DNA from: Tubiluchus corallicola
Taxonomy: Eukaryota; Animalia; Priapulida
Length of the DNA stretch: 64,000 nucleotides
Direction: 5' to 3'
Assembly: GCA_030141605.1 (NCBI GenBank)
Contig: JAQGDQ010000062.1
Coordinates: forward strand, 682,001-746,000
Numbering within the stretch: position 1 is the stretch's first letter; every line of letters begins with the position of its first letter. The translations under genes were made by a program, and so were the position numbers. Below the pieces are notes generated by a model. The model made no database searches. It saw only the letters and a program-made list of their open reading frames with translations, and was not told where the DNA came from. This document shows, one piece after another, positions 1 to 14,500 of this stretch.

Positions 1-1753
1 CTTTAGTATAAAATAAACCATGGCAAAGAACAATGTCAAAACATCTCTTTACTGTCTTATCAGGTTTAGAGATAAAACACTATATATAACAGCTTTTAGC
101 TTACCTAACCAACCCAAAAGAGCAAGCAAGTTTACATGCTTGATAAGACGTATTTAATTTAGAATAAACGAACATACCAACGCGTGAAATTAAGATCCGC
201 GAACCCTTCACAGGAATAAGTAGACTTGACACTCGTAATATGTACTAGAGTTCGCACCTTCGTAAATCTGATGAATTCAGCATCATGCACTGCACCTTGA
301 CTACCTTCAACAGTGCCGTTAAACAAACCTTGAACTTTCTTCCGAAGGCTTCGTTCAAATCTGATCAATAATATCACCCGAGATACTAAGTGAACTATAC
401 AGCAATAGTTCTACAATTGCTTTAAGGGCTAAAAAGCATTTTCAACTCAAGCAGTTTTCTTCCGTCACCAGATCCAAATCTCAGACCGGTGATTTGTCCA
501 CTAGTATAAAGTGGTCTTACAAAGATCATGCATAGTACTTGATTTTATTCTGCAGTAAAACCATTATTAGTTCATTATAAATTTTGCACAGAAACTGCAG
601 CAAAACATTTTAATGATAAAGAACATAATTATGTGACTAAAGTCCAGAATTATACGAATCTATAATTTTAGGTTCGAATCGAATTCGAACTAAAAAAACT
701 TATTCGAATCGAATTCGAACGTTCGAGTTTCAACAAGTACAACCTTACTAAGTTCCAGATAGCGAATACAAAAAGGCATCATTTCTGATGATATAAGACT
801 GAACTCATAAAGCTGATCAACATTATTTATTAGCCATATTGAAATGTAATGCACAACACAAGACATGATCTATATGACCAGGTATCTAGATGAGCTGTGC
901 TTATAATCTTATTTGATTGCGCACAGGCACCTGGATCATCAGGTTTCAAAGATTGTCATTGATTATTGTATAAATAGTGTCCTAAGAACCAGAAGTGCAG
1001 CGATTACTTCCAGAACAGAACGTTTATTTCCAGTGAGCACTGAATGACTGAGATGACAGAGCAATGGACCAAAAAAAGAGGAATTATCTGCATTTCATGA
1101 CTGATATATGAACTGCTTACATAATCGGTCAAATCAGCAATCACCATGCATGATGCAAGAATTAAGAATGCAGCTACGCACAGACACTTGCCACTTTCTC
1201 ACGTCGTTCAAATTAGCTCCAAAAAACAATTTATCACTTTTGTTTCAGCAGCCGAATATATCAATTATTTGCTCAGAATCGGAAAGCACAGTCGGGATTT
1301 TGTAAATAATATGAAATAATGGGGAATTTCTATTTGATAGTCGCTGGCGAACAATCAATGCGTGCGCACTAAAGACAGGAAGCAGTAAGCGTTTTATAAA
1401 CAATCGAACACCTGCAGAGAACGCCAGTGACTAGTATATTTCCAATTTTGCTACTGCTAATTGTTTCCAGACCACTCTCACAGCTGGTCAGGGACCGGGA
1501 GACGGCACAGATGACGCCCCCTGTGAGATTAAGATTCGGGCATCCAGGTGCATGGCATAAATATTGCTCTCTTAAGATTCGGGCCATATTTGAATTCCTG
1601 GAAAAAATATCAATTTCGGAGTTGAAAAAACTATTTTCTGAAAATATAAAGGGCAGTTCTGCCCGAATTTAGCTGTCAATTTTGCCCGAATTTTTTGAAA
1701 CACGAATTGGGGGGGGGGGGCAAACTGTCCCCCTGCCCGCTGCCCAGTACGCC

Positions 1754-2054
1754 AATGCCTATTTGCAAACATTACCACAAAGGTCTAAACTGTAAGTTTG
1801 GGAAAAGTTGTTGGTACAGACACAACAAATTTGGACAAATGAAGGAAATCTGCTGGAAGTGGGAACATGGCAAATATTGTCATTATGGCAATAACTGTAA
1901 ATACTGGCATGAATCTCCTTGGGATAAGGATACAAATGTAGGAGGCAGGAATACCAGAATACAAATTGGGTTTAGAGACAAAATATATCATGGTCCGACA
2001 CACATTGAAGGGATGGTTACTGGAGTTATATCCCTCGAGAAAAGCAAAGATTAG
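1754..2054 (+). pseudogene. Tandem CCCH zinc-finger ORF, probably the 3' part of ORF1 of the downstream LINE
   Basis: Two exact C-x8-C-x5-C-x3-H fingers (CKHYHKGLNCKFGKSCWYRH; CWKWEHGKYCHYGNNCKYWH), intronless, same strand and ~370 bp upstream of the endonuclease. The ORF-track N-terminus (GGGGKLSPCP) comes from a GC-rich MITE-like end at ~1530-1757. Confidence 0.6.
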
Positions 2055-5000
2055 ATACTCATCATGAAAATAAATTTGATATGAGAATAAAGTATGAAGG
2101 TAAAGAAAACAGAGCAAACAGAAAGATCGGTCAGAAAAGACACTTATAAAATGGTGTATAAGAATGATGAGTCTTCTTTACAAAACCGAGGGAATCTACA
2201 AAAGCACATTCAAGGACTTATGCAAGCATTACAAGGGTTTGTAAAAGAAATACAACAAATGTAGATGCAAACCATAAGGACGTAAATAGTGCAAATACAC
2301 TTATCCATCTGCACAATAACTTAACTAAAATTGGAAATAGTACTGCTGAATCTGTAAATAAAGAAAAAACTGAAGAATCTAAAAAGATTAAAAGAACAAA
2401 GAGGTCATTAGGAAACAAAACATTGTGTAAGAACTTTACACTAATCTATGCAAACTGTCGAGGAATAAAGAAAAAACTAAGGATTATAGAAAACATTGTA
2501 GAAGAATGGCAGCCAGAATACTTAGCCATAGTGGAAGCATCCCTTAAAGAAAATGACAGAGTTGAATTTGAAGGATATGAAATGATCACAATGGAGAGAA
2601 AAGCCAAAGAAAAAGTTGGTTTATTACCAGCTATCAAAAAGGAACTTTATAGAATAACTGTGGAAGTTGAAAGAATAGAAACCAATTATGAAGCAATATG
2701 GTGTGTGATAAACAACACCAGGATAAAAGTCAGACTGGGAGTTATTAATGGTCCTTGGTAGAGTAGGACAAAGAAAGATCACCTTAAGGAAATGCACATA
2801 AATTCACATGTGGAAGAAGCAGAAAGAAATAATGAAAAGATACTCTTGATAGGAGATTTTGATTGCAAAATAGGAAATACAGTACAAGGAAATAATAGTG
2901 AGTGGAGCCCTGGAGAGAGACTTAGTGCAACTTGTTGAAAAAACATCTCAGAAATGTGGAGGCTATGGACAAGAGTACAGGGTGAGGAAAAATCAGTCTT
3001 AGATTATTGTATAGTTGGTCAAAAAGAATTGGATGATATAAAGTATATGAAAATTGACGAGGAAAAGTTATGGGGGATGTGCAGCTTAGAGGAAGAAAAT
3101 GGGAAAATCAAAGAAAATTTTCAGATCATAATACCATAATGGTGCGTATTAATTGGTACAATGCCTATAAGATGGTAGAGAATGGCAATGAAAAAATACA
3201 AAGGTTATCAAAAGATGAGTTAATTAGGTTTATTAAATCTACAGAAAACTCACGACTTACAGAAATAAGGACTGAAAGTGGGAGTATAAATTAAAAATAT
3301 ACCTAGTGGAATGAAGTGGTAATGCAAAAAAGACAAAATGCATTAGAAATCATAAGAAACGTAAACCCAATAAAATACTCAGTTCAAAAGAAATTAGAAT
3401 ACCACTAAAGAAAAAAGTTAGTTAAAAAAGAATAGAATCCTTCTATTGACACAAAACGAAAAATGGATGTCTAGACAAAGAGAAAAATTGATAAATGAGT
3501 ACATAGTGAATTGTGAAAAAGAAGCAAATTTTAGAGAAGTAAAAAAGATATTGGAAGTCATAGAGCAAGAAAGTGGTGTGAAAGGTGGTGCTTTTTGGAA
3601 ATATAAAAGAAAAGTGACTAAAAAGAAAAAAACAAGATGCAGAATTAAAGATGCTAATGATGTACTCCTATTATAATGCTAAAATTAAACTGGAATTCAC
3701 AAAATTTTACCAAAAGTTACTATACAATGAAATAGAGCCGCCTATGGAGGAGTATATTACCCAAGTAATTAAAGATATTGAAATAATCAATGAACTTAAA
3801 AAGGTTGATATAGAACCGATTACGGTTGAAGAAATTGGACACGTAGTATCTCAGTTACATTTGCAGAAATCAGTTGATAATCAAGCCTGGGAAAACGAGA
3901 TGCTGAAGTTTGCAGGCAGTGATTTATTACAAAGTGTAAAAATGATGCTGAATGAAATTCTATTTCAGGAAATTATACCGGAAGAATGGATGAATATGAC
4001 CTTGAAATCAATCTATAAGAACAAAGGTAACAGAAGTGAATTAAAAAATAAAATAGGCATATTTCTAACAAGTAATATTTCAAAATTGTTTGTAAGAGTG
4101 ATTTTGGAGCTAAATGAAGACATGTAACTCAAAAATAATCAGAAAGCCAACGTGGAAGCAAAAAAGGTAACGGTATTGTAGATCATTTGTTTATTCTTTA
4201 TAGGTATATAGAATATAGTCTATATCACGGAAAACCAGTTAAGTTAGTTTTTGTGGATGTGAAGAAGTGTTTTGATAAATTATGGCTAGAAGACTGTTTA
4301 GCAGATCTGTGGACCCTTGAATTACAAGAAAAGTATATCAGCATATTGTCCAAAATGAATAAGTGTGCAGATATAATAGCTGATACACCGTTGGAAATAA
4401 CGGATAAATTTGAAGTTGGTAAGTTAGTCCGACAAGGAACAGTACGGGGACCTATTATGTGTTGTGTAAACTACGAAATAGTGTACTACTTTTAAACAGT
4501 GATGTTGGTATAACCCCTAGAATATATGTTGATGACATATTATGACTAGGTGATGAAAATAACATTAGTCAAGTTGTGTCAACCTGTAGAATACTAGAAG
4601 ACTTAAAAAAGATGACATTTAGTAAATCAGAATCACAATATATGACAGTGAACAAAGTTAAAGAAACACGCAGGACAGAAAAAAATGATTTGTTTGTAAA
4701 AAGTGCTTTTCTAGAAGAAACTTGTCAATATAAATATTTAGGAGACTGTTACAGAAAAGGGAGATCATGCTATGAGCCTAAGTAAGAGGAGAAAAAGTAG
4801 CATACATGAAGAAAGGATTTTTGTTATGGAATAAAGAAAAACAAATTGGTACAGAGTGTATGAAAATAAGAATTCTTTTGTTTGAATCAGTAGTGTTACC
4901 ATCATGAATACATAACACTGAAGCTTGGTGCCATCTAAATAATGCACAGTGGGATGAAATGGAAAGATGGCAGAAAGAAATGACATGTGCAATCTTAAAC

Positions 5001-5858
5001 CAAACGAGTTCTACAAGTTATTGAGCCACTATCATGATATTAAGCTTTTGGTGCATAAGAGAAAGAATACATTATAAACAATTAATGTTATTGCGAATGC
5101 TGCGTTTTTCTCCAAGGAAGAAAGACACGCAAAAAAGGTATTTTAACAATGTTGGAAACAGAAATTCCTGGAAGTTGGACTGAAAACATGAAAGAAACAG
5201 CAGAGTTGTATAAAATAGATATAAATGGGGAGAGATTAAAACAGATAACCAAATCTAAATGGAAGCGAGAAATAAAAGTAGATATTAGTAAATATTTGGA
5301 GTATATTGCTAAAGAAAAGTGTGAGAAAAATGAAAAAACTGAGATTTATGGAAAATGCTACAGGAATGTGGAATAATCCAGTGGATTATGTAATTAAGTG
5401 TAACCAAAAAACAGTCTATGAAATAACAGAGAGGAAGTTGAATATGATTAAAGTGAAAACAAATTTTAAAAGTAAGTTTAAGAATGATCTGAATTGTTCT
5501 TTGTGTAAAATCCATGATGATACAATGGAACACTTACTAATGTGTGAGAAAGCTATAAAGATATTGGGTGAAGAAGATATGGAGCTTGATTTAAAAACTT
5601 TCTAAACAGAAAAATTAGTGGTGATCAACACCAGGATACAGAAATCCTTAGTAATGAATGTTAGACTGAAAATGGGTTTAGAAATAGAAATTTAATATCA
5701 TGTCTACTCCAGGTTCTGGGTACAGCGTGTTAAATGTAGAATTTTTAGCTCGCTATTAGGACTTTCACTTTTCTGCTATCCTTTTAGCCTACTAACGTAA
5801 TTGTAGTAGAGAAGCCATTAATAGAGAGGCCAGTGTGAACCACCCTGAACCACCGCTA
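1754..5858 (+). mobile_element. Decayed non-LTR retrotransposon (LINE): CCCH ORF + APE endonuclease + reverse transcriptase + C-terminal Cys/His motif
   Basis: Collinear broken ORFs: IYANCRG..YLAIVE (APE start), LIGDF, SVLDYCIV, SDHN, SIYKNKG, FVDVKKCFDKLW, RQGT..GP, YVDD near 4525, YKYLG, and CSLC..HLLMC. Many stops and frameshifts. Clade not determined. Confidence 0.9.
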
Positions 5859-5859
5859 T

Positions 5860-7140
5860 GACCATCATCGTCATCGAATGAATCACACATCCAGTGACAT
5901 GATTCTGCTCACCTCCCTATGCCAGGACTCCCTGCTCGCTGCAATGCCCCAAGTACATTTATTTCTAAAGATCAATGCTGAAGTGTTTAATTCTTTCTGT
6001 GCAAAATCTAAATATGTTAACATTTGTCCCCCTGCAGGTTTTTTAGCTTGTTCTATGGCTCGTTGAAAAGCTATCTTCACTGGAATATCATCAGGTTGTC
6101 TAAGCATATGCCCAATCCATCTTAAATGGCGTCTTTTTATTTTTCTTGTCCAAGGTTCTTTTGCTTTTTCATATAGATCTTTGTTTGAAATTTTCTTTGG
6201 CCATCTAATACCCAAAATATTTCTGTAATTTCACCTCTCAAACGTATCGATTTCAGCTTTATGAATTGCTTTTAATGTCCAGAGCTCAGAGTTATACAGA
6301 AATACAGTTTCAACTAAGAATGAGAATATTCTAATTTTTGTTTCCAAAGAAATCTTCCTATTCTCAAAAACTTTTGTGAGTTCTGAGTAAGCTGATAATG
6401 CCATTATCTTCCGTCTTGATATGTCGTGTTCTGTTGCCAGCAGACTACCGAGATACTTGCATCTTTGCCATGATTCCTCGCCATGGCGTGTTATGTGAAA
6501 CTCTTCAGCTTTATTTTTGTTTACAACGAGATCCATTCTGTTCAGTTTCTCCTCTATATTGAGTTTTTTTATTTCATCTACTTCTTCTTTGTTTCTTGTA
6601 ATCCATGCCACATCATCAGCATACTGCATAGATATAGTAGTTCACTTACTTTGTAGAGAGCTGTAACTGTGTTCTTGTCTTACTTCATTCGGTATTAATT
6701 CAGGATCAAGAATTGTGTAGTTGTGATGTTCTACTTCTAGGTCTTTGAATGGTATAACTTTGTCCTCAGTGAGAGCTATGGTAAGATATAAAGTAAAAAG
6801 TACAGGGTTTAGGCAGTCACCCTAAGGTACTCCTCTGTTTGTAGAAAATGGCTGACTCAATTTCCCTTCACACCTGACTTGAATTAATAAATTTTCTAAC
6901 ACTATACTTGTGATGTATATTTCATCAGGTTCAAGGATTTCTTCCAAACAGCATAACAGAGTTTTTCTCCGAACACAATCAAAGGCCTTTGACATATCGA
7001 TCATGAGAATATATATTGAGTAATCAGCAGAAGAGATGGCTTTTTCGGCTAGTAAATTACAAGCTTGTACTAATTCAGTAGTATTCCGTCCTGGTTGATA
7101 TGCTGCTTGGCTTGTTGGAATGCTATGACCAATGGTTGGG
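5860..7140 (-). mobile_element. 5'-truncated RTE-clade LINE (RT and C-terminal region) with (GAT)n-like tail
   Basis: QAAYQPGRNTTE, DMSKAFD, RGVP*GDCLNP, QYADD, KYLGSLL, FLYNSELW, GIRWPKKISN..LY, RWIGHMLR. Short GAT-type tail at 5860-5878, tail-to-tail with the first LINE. Confidence 0.9.
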
Positions 7141-7152
7141 CAGAAAACGCCT

Positions 7153-8116
7153 TGTAGGGAGCCGAGTGGACCACTGAGCCAAGTAGACCACTTCCGGTAA
7201 AACCGATGCGCTAAAAGTAGTGTCCTACATGGGTAGTCCAAGTAGGACACTAGCGATTTTTGTCGAGAATCGGTAATTTTGTCAAATTTTTGAAAATTCT
7301 GTGAAAGTTTCTTCATTTTATTTAAAATTGTGCTTGTTAGTTGAGTTGTCGTCAGTTTGGCGTCATGAAAACTTGCTTGACCAGGTGTTTAACTCAGCAT
7401 GCAGTACGCAGGTATTGTTTTGCGATGACGTTGAAGAGAGAAATTCTGCACACAGTTATTACAGAAATAATTGCAAATTCAGAAATGAGACAGATGCTGC
7501 TAAGCCTTCACAACACCAAAAAGTAATTTTTAACATTTAAGAAAAGCAAGGATAATTAGTTTTAATATTATCAGTAGTATTGTAACATGTAGGGCACTGT
7601 CCTACATGGCTCGCTAGCCCATGTAGGACACTGTCCTAGATGGCTCGTTAGCCCATGTAGGACACATAGATCGCTAGAACGTTTACTTATAAGAAAACAA
7701 TTATTTGCCCAAAAGGTAGTGAAACGGATCACCTGTTTGTGAAGTGAGACAAAATCAAAAATGATATACCTTAAACAAATGTTGAATTCGCAAAAAAGTG
7801 GGTTTTTTTTCACTTCAACAACATTAATATCGAAACCAAATTTAATGTTGTCCGTTCTACCAGCTCAGAATAAAATTCTTTTATTTTATTAGATGTATAA
7901 TAAAATATTCAAAGTGTACTAATGTTTTTAATTATTATTATTACATAAACAAGCACAACGGACGGTGTCAGTACACTTAACGACTCAATTCGCGACCTGT
8001 CTCTAGTGTCCTACTTGGGCAGCCCAAGTGACCGCCGTGTGAATGTGAAAATGTTTGAAATTTGTATAGTAGACCAATTGGTCTACTTGGCTCAGTGGTC
8101 TACTCGGCTCCCTACA
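7153..8116. mobile_element. Non-autonomous DNA transposon (MITE), TGT...ACA termini, 38-bp TIR, 5-bp TSD (Ginger-like?)
   Basis: TIR tgtagggagccgagt(g/a)gaccactgagccaagtagacca at both ends with 1 mismatch; direct repeat CGCCT at 7148-7152 and 8117-8121; internal gtcctac/gtaggac palindromic repeats. Confidence 0.9.
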
Positions 8117-8564
8117 CGCCTGTATGACTTTATCAAAGTATAGACGAGCGGTTTGTTAGTGAATTTCACATTTTTGCAAAGATTTCTGCGATTGAAAGGC
8201 ATTTTGTTAATTGAACTTGCTTGATTAGGAAATGTTTATTAAAAGGCGGGTTGGTAATGGTTAACCAATCGAAATGAATGTCTCTTAATTTCACTTATTT
8301 TTAATTTAGGATTTTTAAGGAAAATTTAATTTAGAAAAACGGTACGCGACAGATGTCATTCACTCCAGTGACCAGGTGCACCTAGAACAGTGAGCGTCAG
8401 GCTGGTATCTGTAAAGTAGCGCGGACAACATTGAAAAACGTAGCAAACGCAATCGCGGCAATGCAGTAAATCCAGTGGTGATCATCAGATTTAACGTTTG
8501 GCAAATTGTTCTAGCAAGATCACTCTGCATTTCCGTGTGTACTTAATCATTTTACTTTAGAGAA

Positions 8565-11500
8565 ATGCTAGGGGAGCGTGATACACTTGCAAGTATTATG
8601 GCTGATGGTTCCAGCAGTTGGTGTCGAAACGGAAATCTTGGTAATTTGTTCATTATCATTATCTACAGCACTTACTGAGAGCTATATTTTTTCCTACCAT
8701 AACTATAACAACGACAAAAGTTGTAAAATATATTGCTGTTGTTAGCCAAATAATCTAAATTACGTAGGCTATGTAAATTTTTTACAACATCTCCAACCCT
8801 AAGCTAGAACCCAGATGAAAGATTTTTAGAAGCAAGTGGATATTGTTCCGATGATCGGAATCCCGAATTTGCAAGATATTGTTCCGATCATTGGAACTGC
8901 AACTTTACTGTGTTCAAGTTCGGATCATCAGAACTGCGGACTTTGCTGTGCACAAGTTCTGATCATAATAAAATTGAATTTGCTAATACCCTTCTGAATA
9001 AGTCTTGCTCGGAGCACCCAAGGTACTCCGAACAAGACTTTTAATTGGAAAAACGGCTAACAGGAAATGCAGTAGTGCAATGCTCCCATCACGGACAACG
9101 AATGTATGTACGCACAAATCATGATGATATTTTTGTACAAAAAAGCCATTGTGTATAGGTTTTTTCAAACTGAATTAAAAGAATGTGAAAATGTTTGAAA
9201 TTTGTATAGTTACACCAGCTTTGCCTATACCTAACAAAGCATAGTAAAGCAGAGACCTGAAAATAGAAGTACCTATTAATACAGACAGTGCAGTATCGCG
9301 AGGAATAAAATTGTCTGGGAACAGAACATTGAGAAACGGGTGGAAAGTTTAGGGTTCCATCAATTTATTTTATTTAAATATGCATTTCAGAAAATATAAC
9401 TGGAAGAGAAATGATGAGAACAATGAGATTATAAAGGATTTATGTACTGAATAAGGGAGGAAAACTGTTATTTTCAGTTAAATTTTAGCCCATTTTGCAA
9501 GATGAATTAATTCATCAGTATTTATAGTAAACACCCTAGCATGAACATGTCTGCCTCTGGGTGATGCAGTTACAAAAATGTTTAATCCTCTGAAAAGTTT
9601 GTGTTTCTTTTTCGGATTTATTGACAGATTTCTCAAAGTAGAGAATACTGCTTTCAGACAAAATGTATACATACTTAGGTCAGAAAAGTGATATCAAATT
9701 TGGGAACATTATTAGTTCTTACTGCTTTATAATCAAAGAATACTGAGGCAGAGTCACATTTTTTTTACATAATACTGAAATTTAGTTGCCACAAAGTTTT
9801 GAAGTTAACTACATTAAATGCTTAATTTCACCTGAAAGAGAATTTTTTGTTCAATTAGAAAAAAAATTGATTTTATTAAAAAGTATTAAGTCACACTTGC
9901 TTTTCCGTGATTTCGAAAACACGCTTAGCCAGCATAATTATTTTATATTGCCTCATTATTGTTTGTTTATCAGATGTCAGGCTACCCACAAACAGTAATA
10001 TGCTGACTCTCAGTCCAATTAGCCTCGATTTTTGTTACAAGCAGCAGAGCCAGCCTTTCCAAGTTGCCTACAGTGCATCTGCATGTTAAAGCTTAATTGA
10101 ATCACTGAAGGTGGAGCTAAGCGAGATTGTATTTGTGTGTTTGATGTTTACTCAGCAATTTTTCCAAAAGCTTCTTATTTCCTTTTTTTTGTATTTCAAA
10201 TTATTTTCTTAGATATCCACTTCGCTTAAACAGTTCTCGGAACATTAGCGCTGCTCTCTTTACTGCAAAGGCCTGTAAAGTGGGTAAAACTTCTGCTAGT
10301 TTCGTGATTATCGGAAATTTATCCTTCGGAAATGCGGTTCCAATCATCAGAACAATATCCACTTCGTTTTTAAAATCTGGAGGCTTGGTTTCCAAAAAAG
10401 AAAAAAATTGTTAAATTTCGGTTTAAATACACACTTTTTGTTGCTGTTTTACTTCATCAAAAGTAGTAAAGTTAAAGGTTGGTTAAGTCTTATAACATTT
10501 ATCCACATGGTGAAACATTAAGCTATAGTTACCATACTGGTGGTAACGAATTTTGCACAGTTGAGTTTTTGATCATATTTTTGCTAGGAGTAAGTACCTT
10601 ATCTACATCCTAGTAATTTACACAGTTCTTACTCTAACTGTAAAACAGCAGTGTAATATGGTACAACTATTATAGTTGTAAGGTAGAGCCTTATCAATTT
10701 CACCTGCAACCTAAGAGGTCAGATTAGGACCACAAGTCCTCATTTTTCAGCAAGCAATTCAGCTGGTGGGGCCCATTAGGGCGAAAGCTCTGGAATAAAT
10801 ATAATCTGCTTTTTGAGACTAAAAGGGTATTCATCTTTTTATTCATGTAGTAAATATGAGTAATTATAGTCAGGAGAGCACTCTCATATCGTATTTTTTT
10901 CAAGGTTTTTACATTGTATGTTATAATCTTATTTTAGAAAATGGATGCGAGTTGGTCAGTGTGCCTGCAAAAGATGGCAGATGTGTCTGGGTTACTATGG
11001 CAACATTCGATACAGAAGCTGTTCCTCCAGAGCTTTTGACCAGTAATCTAAGGGTAGGCCATGTTTATTTAGTACTTAGTGTGCCAAGCTTCCGAGAAGG
11101 TATTTTTATAATACATTTATTAAAATCTTTTAATCCAAAGATTAAATTACAGTACATTAAAAATAACTACGTTACATACCAAATTACATTACATGCACAG
11201 TATAAATTAAGCTAGATTAAAAATGGCAGTAGTAAAGTGTAACTAATCATATTATTAAAATCTTGATATTGCAAAAACATTTTAAAATGAAACAGTATAA
11301 ATACAAATTATTGATGTTGAAAAGTGGGAAAACTATGAAGCTATTTTTTAATTTTAATTTTTCATTTTTGAATTTTATTTGTGAAAGAATTGTGACCTGT
11401 GAAACAAGGTCCTTGAGAATTGTTGCTTTCAGTAATTGTGTTTTTTTAAATTAAGCATGCAGAAGTAATACATTTCTGCTGGAAGTAGGGTGTTGTTCAA

Positions 11501-14500
11501 TTTTGATTTTTGACGGTGAATATTAAAAGTATTACTTTATATAACCATGGAGTATTTTACTAATGTAATTGCGATGTAAAATATTGTATGGCAATAAAAG
11601 TGAAGATATTTGTAAAAAGTTTCTAGAAAAAGTGAAAGGTCAAGTTTGAAACATCCTGTATATTAAAACAAAGGTCAGTCTGTTTGTCAGATGTATTTTC
11701 AATGTTACTTTGTCTAGCCGTACAGTAACCCCCTTGTCCTTATACTGCACCAAAGTGGAAGTTCTTTGTTAAAAGGCCCAGTCTGGCCAAGTTTGTGAAT
11801 TGAAAATGCACATTGGGTACATAACTGGCTTGAATTATTCTGTGTTTAGGAGAGTGACTGTAAATTAAAAGGTTTATCCTATAGGTGTAGGAGTCCATCT
11901 GTGTGCTAGAGCAAAGCTACATGGAAATGCGGGTTGTGTTTAGTGATTTGTTTAGATTGTGTTTTTATTTGTGTATTTATTTGTTTTTCACTTTATTTTA
12001 ACAGAAGAAATGTGACTACAATATTATTGTTTCTGTCAGTAATGAGGTTTCCAATGCGAAATGCCATAAAACCTAATTTCTCAATGTTATTGGAACTTGT
12101 TGTTCATTTCAGTTACCAGCACATGAGTACACAATGGCATTAGAGTTCCTTGTGAATGATTGTAGATTTACCTTATATTCTACGTGTTATCGACGTCTAA
12201 TTCTGTCATGGTTGGCAGTCAGTGTCTTGATTCTCATAATTATCTGTACAAGCGTCGCCGGAATGAAGTTATTTGCAGCTACAGTGATCTGGTTAATTTG
12301 CAATGCTGTTGGGATTATTATCACTCTTTATATCAAGAGATTTGTAAGTATTTATTTTCTTTTGCTACTGATATGAATCAGCTTTAGTTAAATTCAATCA
12401 TGTTGTCTTGTACTAGTTCTTATCTACTACTTTAGGAAAGTTATTCTAGATGTTTCTACATGTTTCTGTATTTTTATGGCCAGCGCAATATAAACAAAAC
12501 AATATGTTCTGGTGCCTTACTTCTTAAAAACCTTGAAGAAACTTGAATATTTCTGTACTTTTTGCAAGTTTGATATATCGTATATACTTATGTACAAGTC
12601 GAATTTTTGGGAGGCGATTTTAAGGTGAAATTTCTGGAGTCGACTTATACTACGATATGTTTTTGGGAGATGTCGCTAAAGAGTCGTCTACAATACGAAT
12701 ATGTAAAGAAATAATCCTTCATTATACACTGGACTGAATGAACACTCATACTGTGATACTTCACATTGGAGAATGTTCGCATCTTGACATTACTTCACAA
12801 GATGAACAAATGTTACTGTAATTTATTTTAATGTATGTGAAATTAACTAAAATTTATATAATACCGGCAAATAAACTAGCGACGGAGCACTCGATCAGAT
12901 CATGGAAATCGTCAATGTTGTGCAGGTGCTGCCGCCTGTTGGCCTTCGCGGGAAGTTTTACACTGGCCTTGTATATGCGTGTTTTATTGGCAAAATATCG
13001 ATTACCAGCATACACGCGTATATAAAAGACAACTACGCACAGGTATTAATTTTAGTAAATTATTTTTTTTCTTCAAATGGGAAGGTGATGAACCACAAGA
13101 TTTAATTGCATCATTGTAAAATTAATACTGTTTACTCTGGAAGATCTTAATATTTTATGGTCGACTTGTATGCAGGTCGTATCAATATATAAAATGATGT
13201 AATTTTTGGTCTGAAAATGCACATCGACTTGTACACACGTATATATTTTTATATTATTATACTTTTTGTATTATGAATGTATATTCTAAATTAATGTGAA
13301 TCATACTATTGTATACTGATAAAAGCCGTTTTTTTTATAAAAGTTCCCCTAGAAACACAGTTAGTCTCGAAAAATAATAAGCTTATGTTTAAAAATGCAA
13401 AAATGAATGCAGGCACATTTAAACTTACGTAGTAAAATAGTTTTATCTGTCAATGTTCTCCTTGGAGCAAGTGAAGTTGTAACGTAACTAGTAGGGAAAC
13501 ATTTTTCCAGTAATGAATTCCATAGATAAGAGGGCCGTGGGAAAAACTGGATTCATTACTGTTTCTAAATTTAGTATTGTCTAAAATAAAAATAATAGAA
13601 GTGCAGCGCGAGACAAGTGTCCTACTCCAAACCAACTATTTGAGGAGAGACAGTTTAGCATATTCTGTGTAAGTATCCATAAGAGGTTTATATAATAACA
13701 GACATTCGATCTTTGCATTGCAAAAGTTGATGACAAATCCGACATGATCAGTTTGTCACTGTTGTTTTGCAGTCTGTCAGGTAGATTAAGATAACATGAT
13801 GTGGCTGCATGGTGAAAACTCAGTAAAACGGTTAGCAGATAAAATTATAAAGATAAGGCATTATAAACTGTATTTTTGGCACGGTTCAATGTTCTTACTT
13901 CTTAGGCACTTTTTGTTAGCTATTTCTCCCAACTAGGGTTAGAAATCTCAGAATACAGTTTGGGCTCAAGCAAACGAATGTGATTGCTCAGAAAGAGATT
14001 AGTAAGCCACGCCTTGCTACCAAAGCTGTAATATAATAGCTCTGTCTTGTAAATTTTGTGCAATTGTGTCCATCGTTGTTTTACAGTTATTGTATAATGT
14101 ATGCTATATTATATGATGTATATGCCAATAAAACAATTTATTAGTGTGATGGTGAAAAAAGGACACAAGCCTCGTGTTCTAGAACTTAATGATAGTGTTA
14201 GGCTGTACTTACATTTAACAATTTTCAACTTGTACATTCGAAACAATGACATGCAAAAACATTTGCTCATAATCAAGATTAAACTAAAATTATATCATAA
14301 TGGTCAGTAATACTTGAATGTGTCTAGTATCTCAAGTATAATATCTAGTATTGCGTTGTTTGATATTCTTTGCTCATTTAATGACTGTAGTATGTATATA
14401 CGTATAACACACTTGCATAATATCTATTGTATTATAGAAAATTCTATTAAAAGCACTTTATTTCATTACATGCTAATAGATGAAAAAATTTTGCGCGAAG

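Noticed and set aside
159-500. Possible CR1/Crack LINE remnant (FGS..RKL, YLG.IIDQ-like words on the minus strand)
   Set aside because: Needs several frameshifts; too weak to call without a search.
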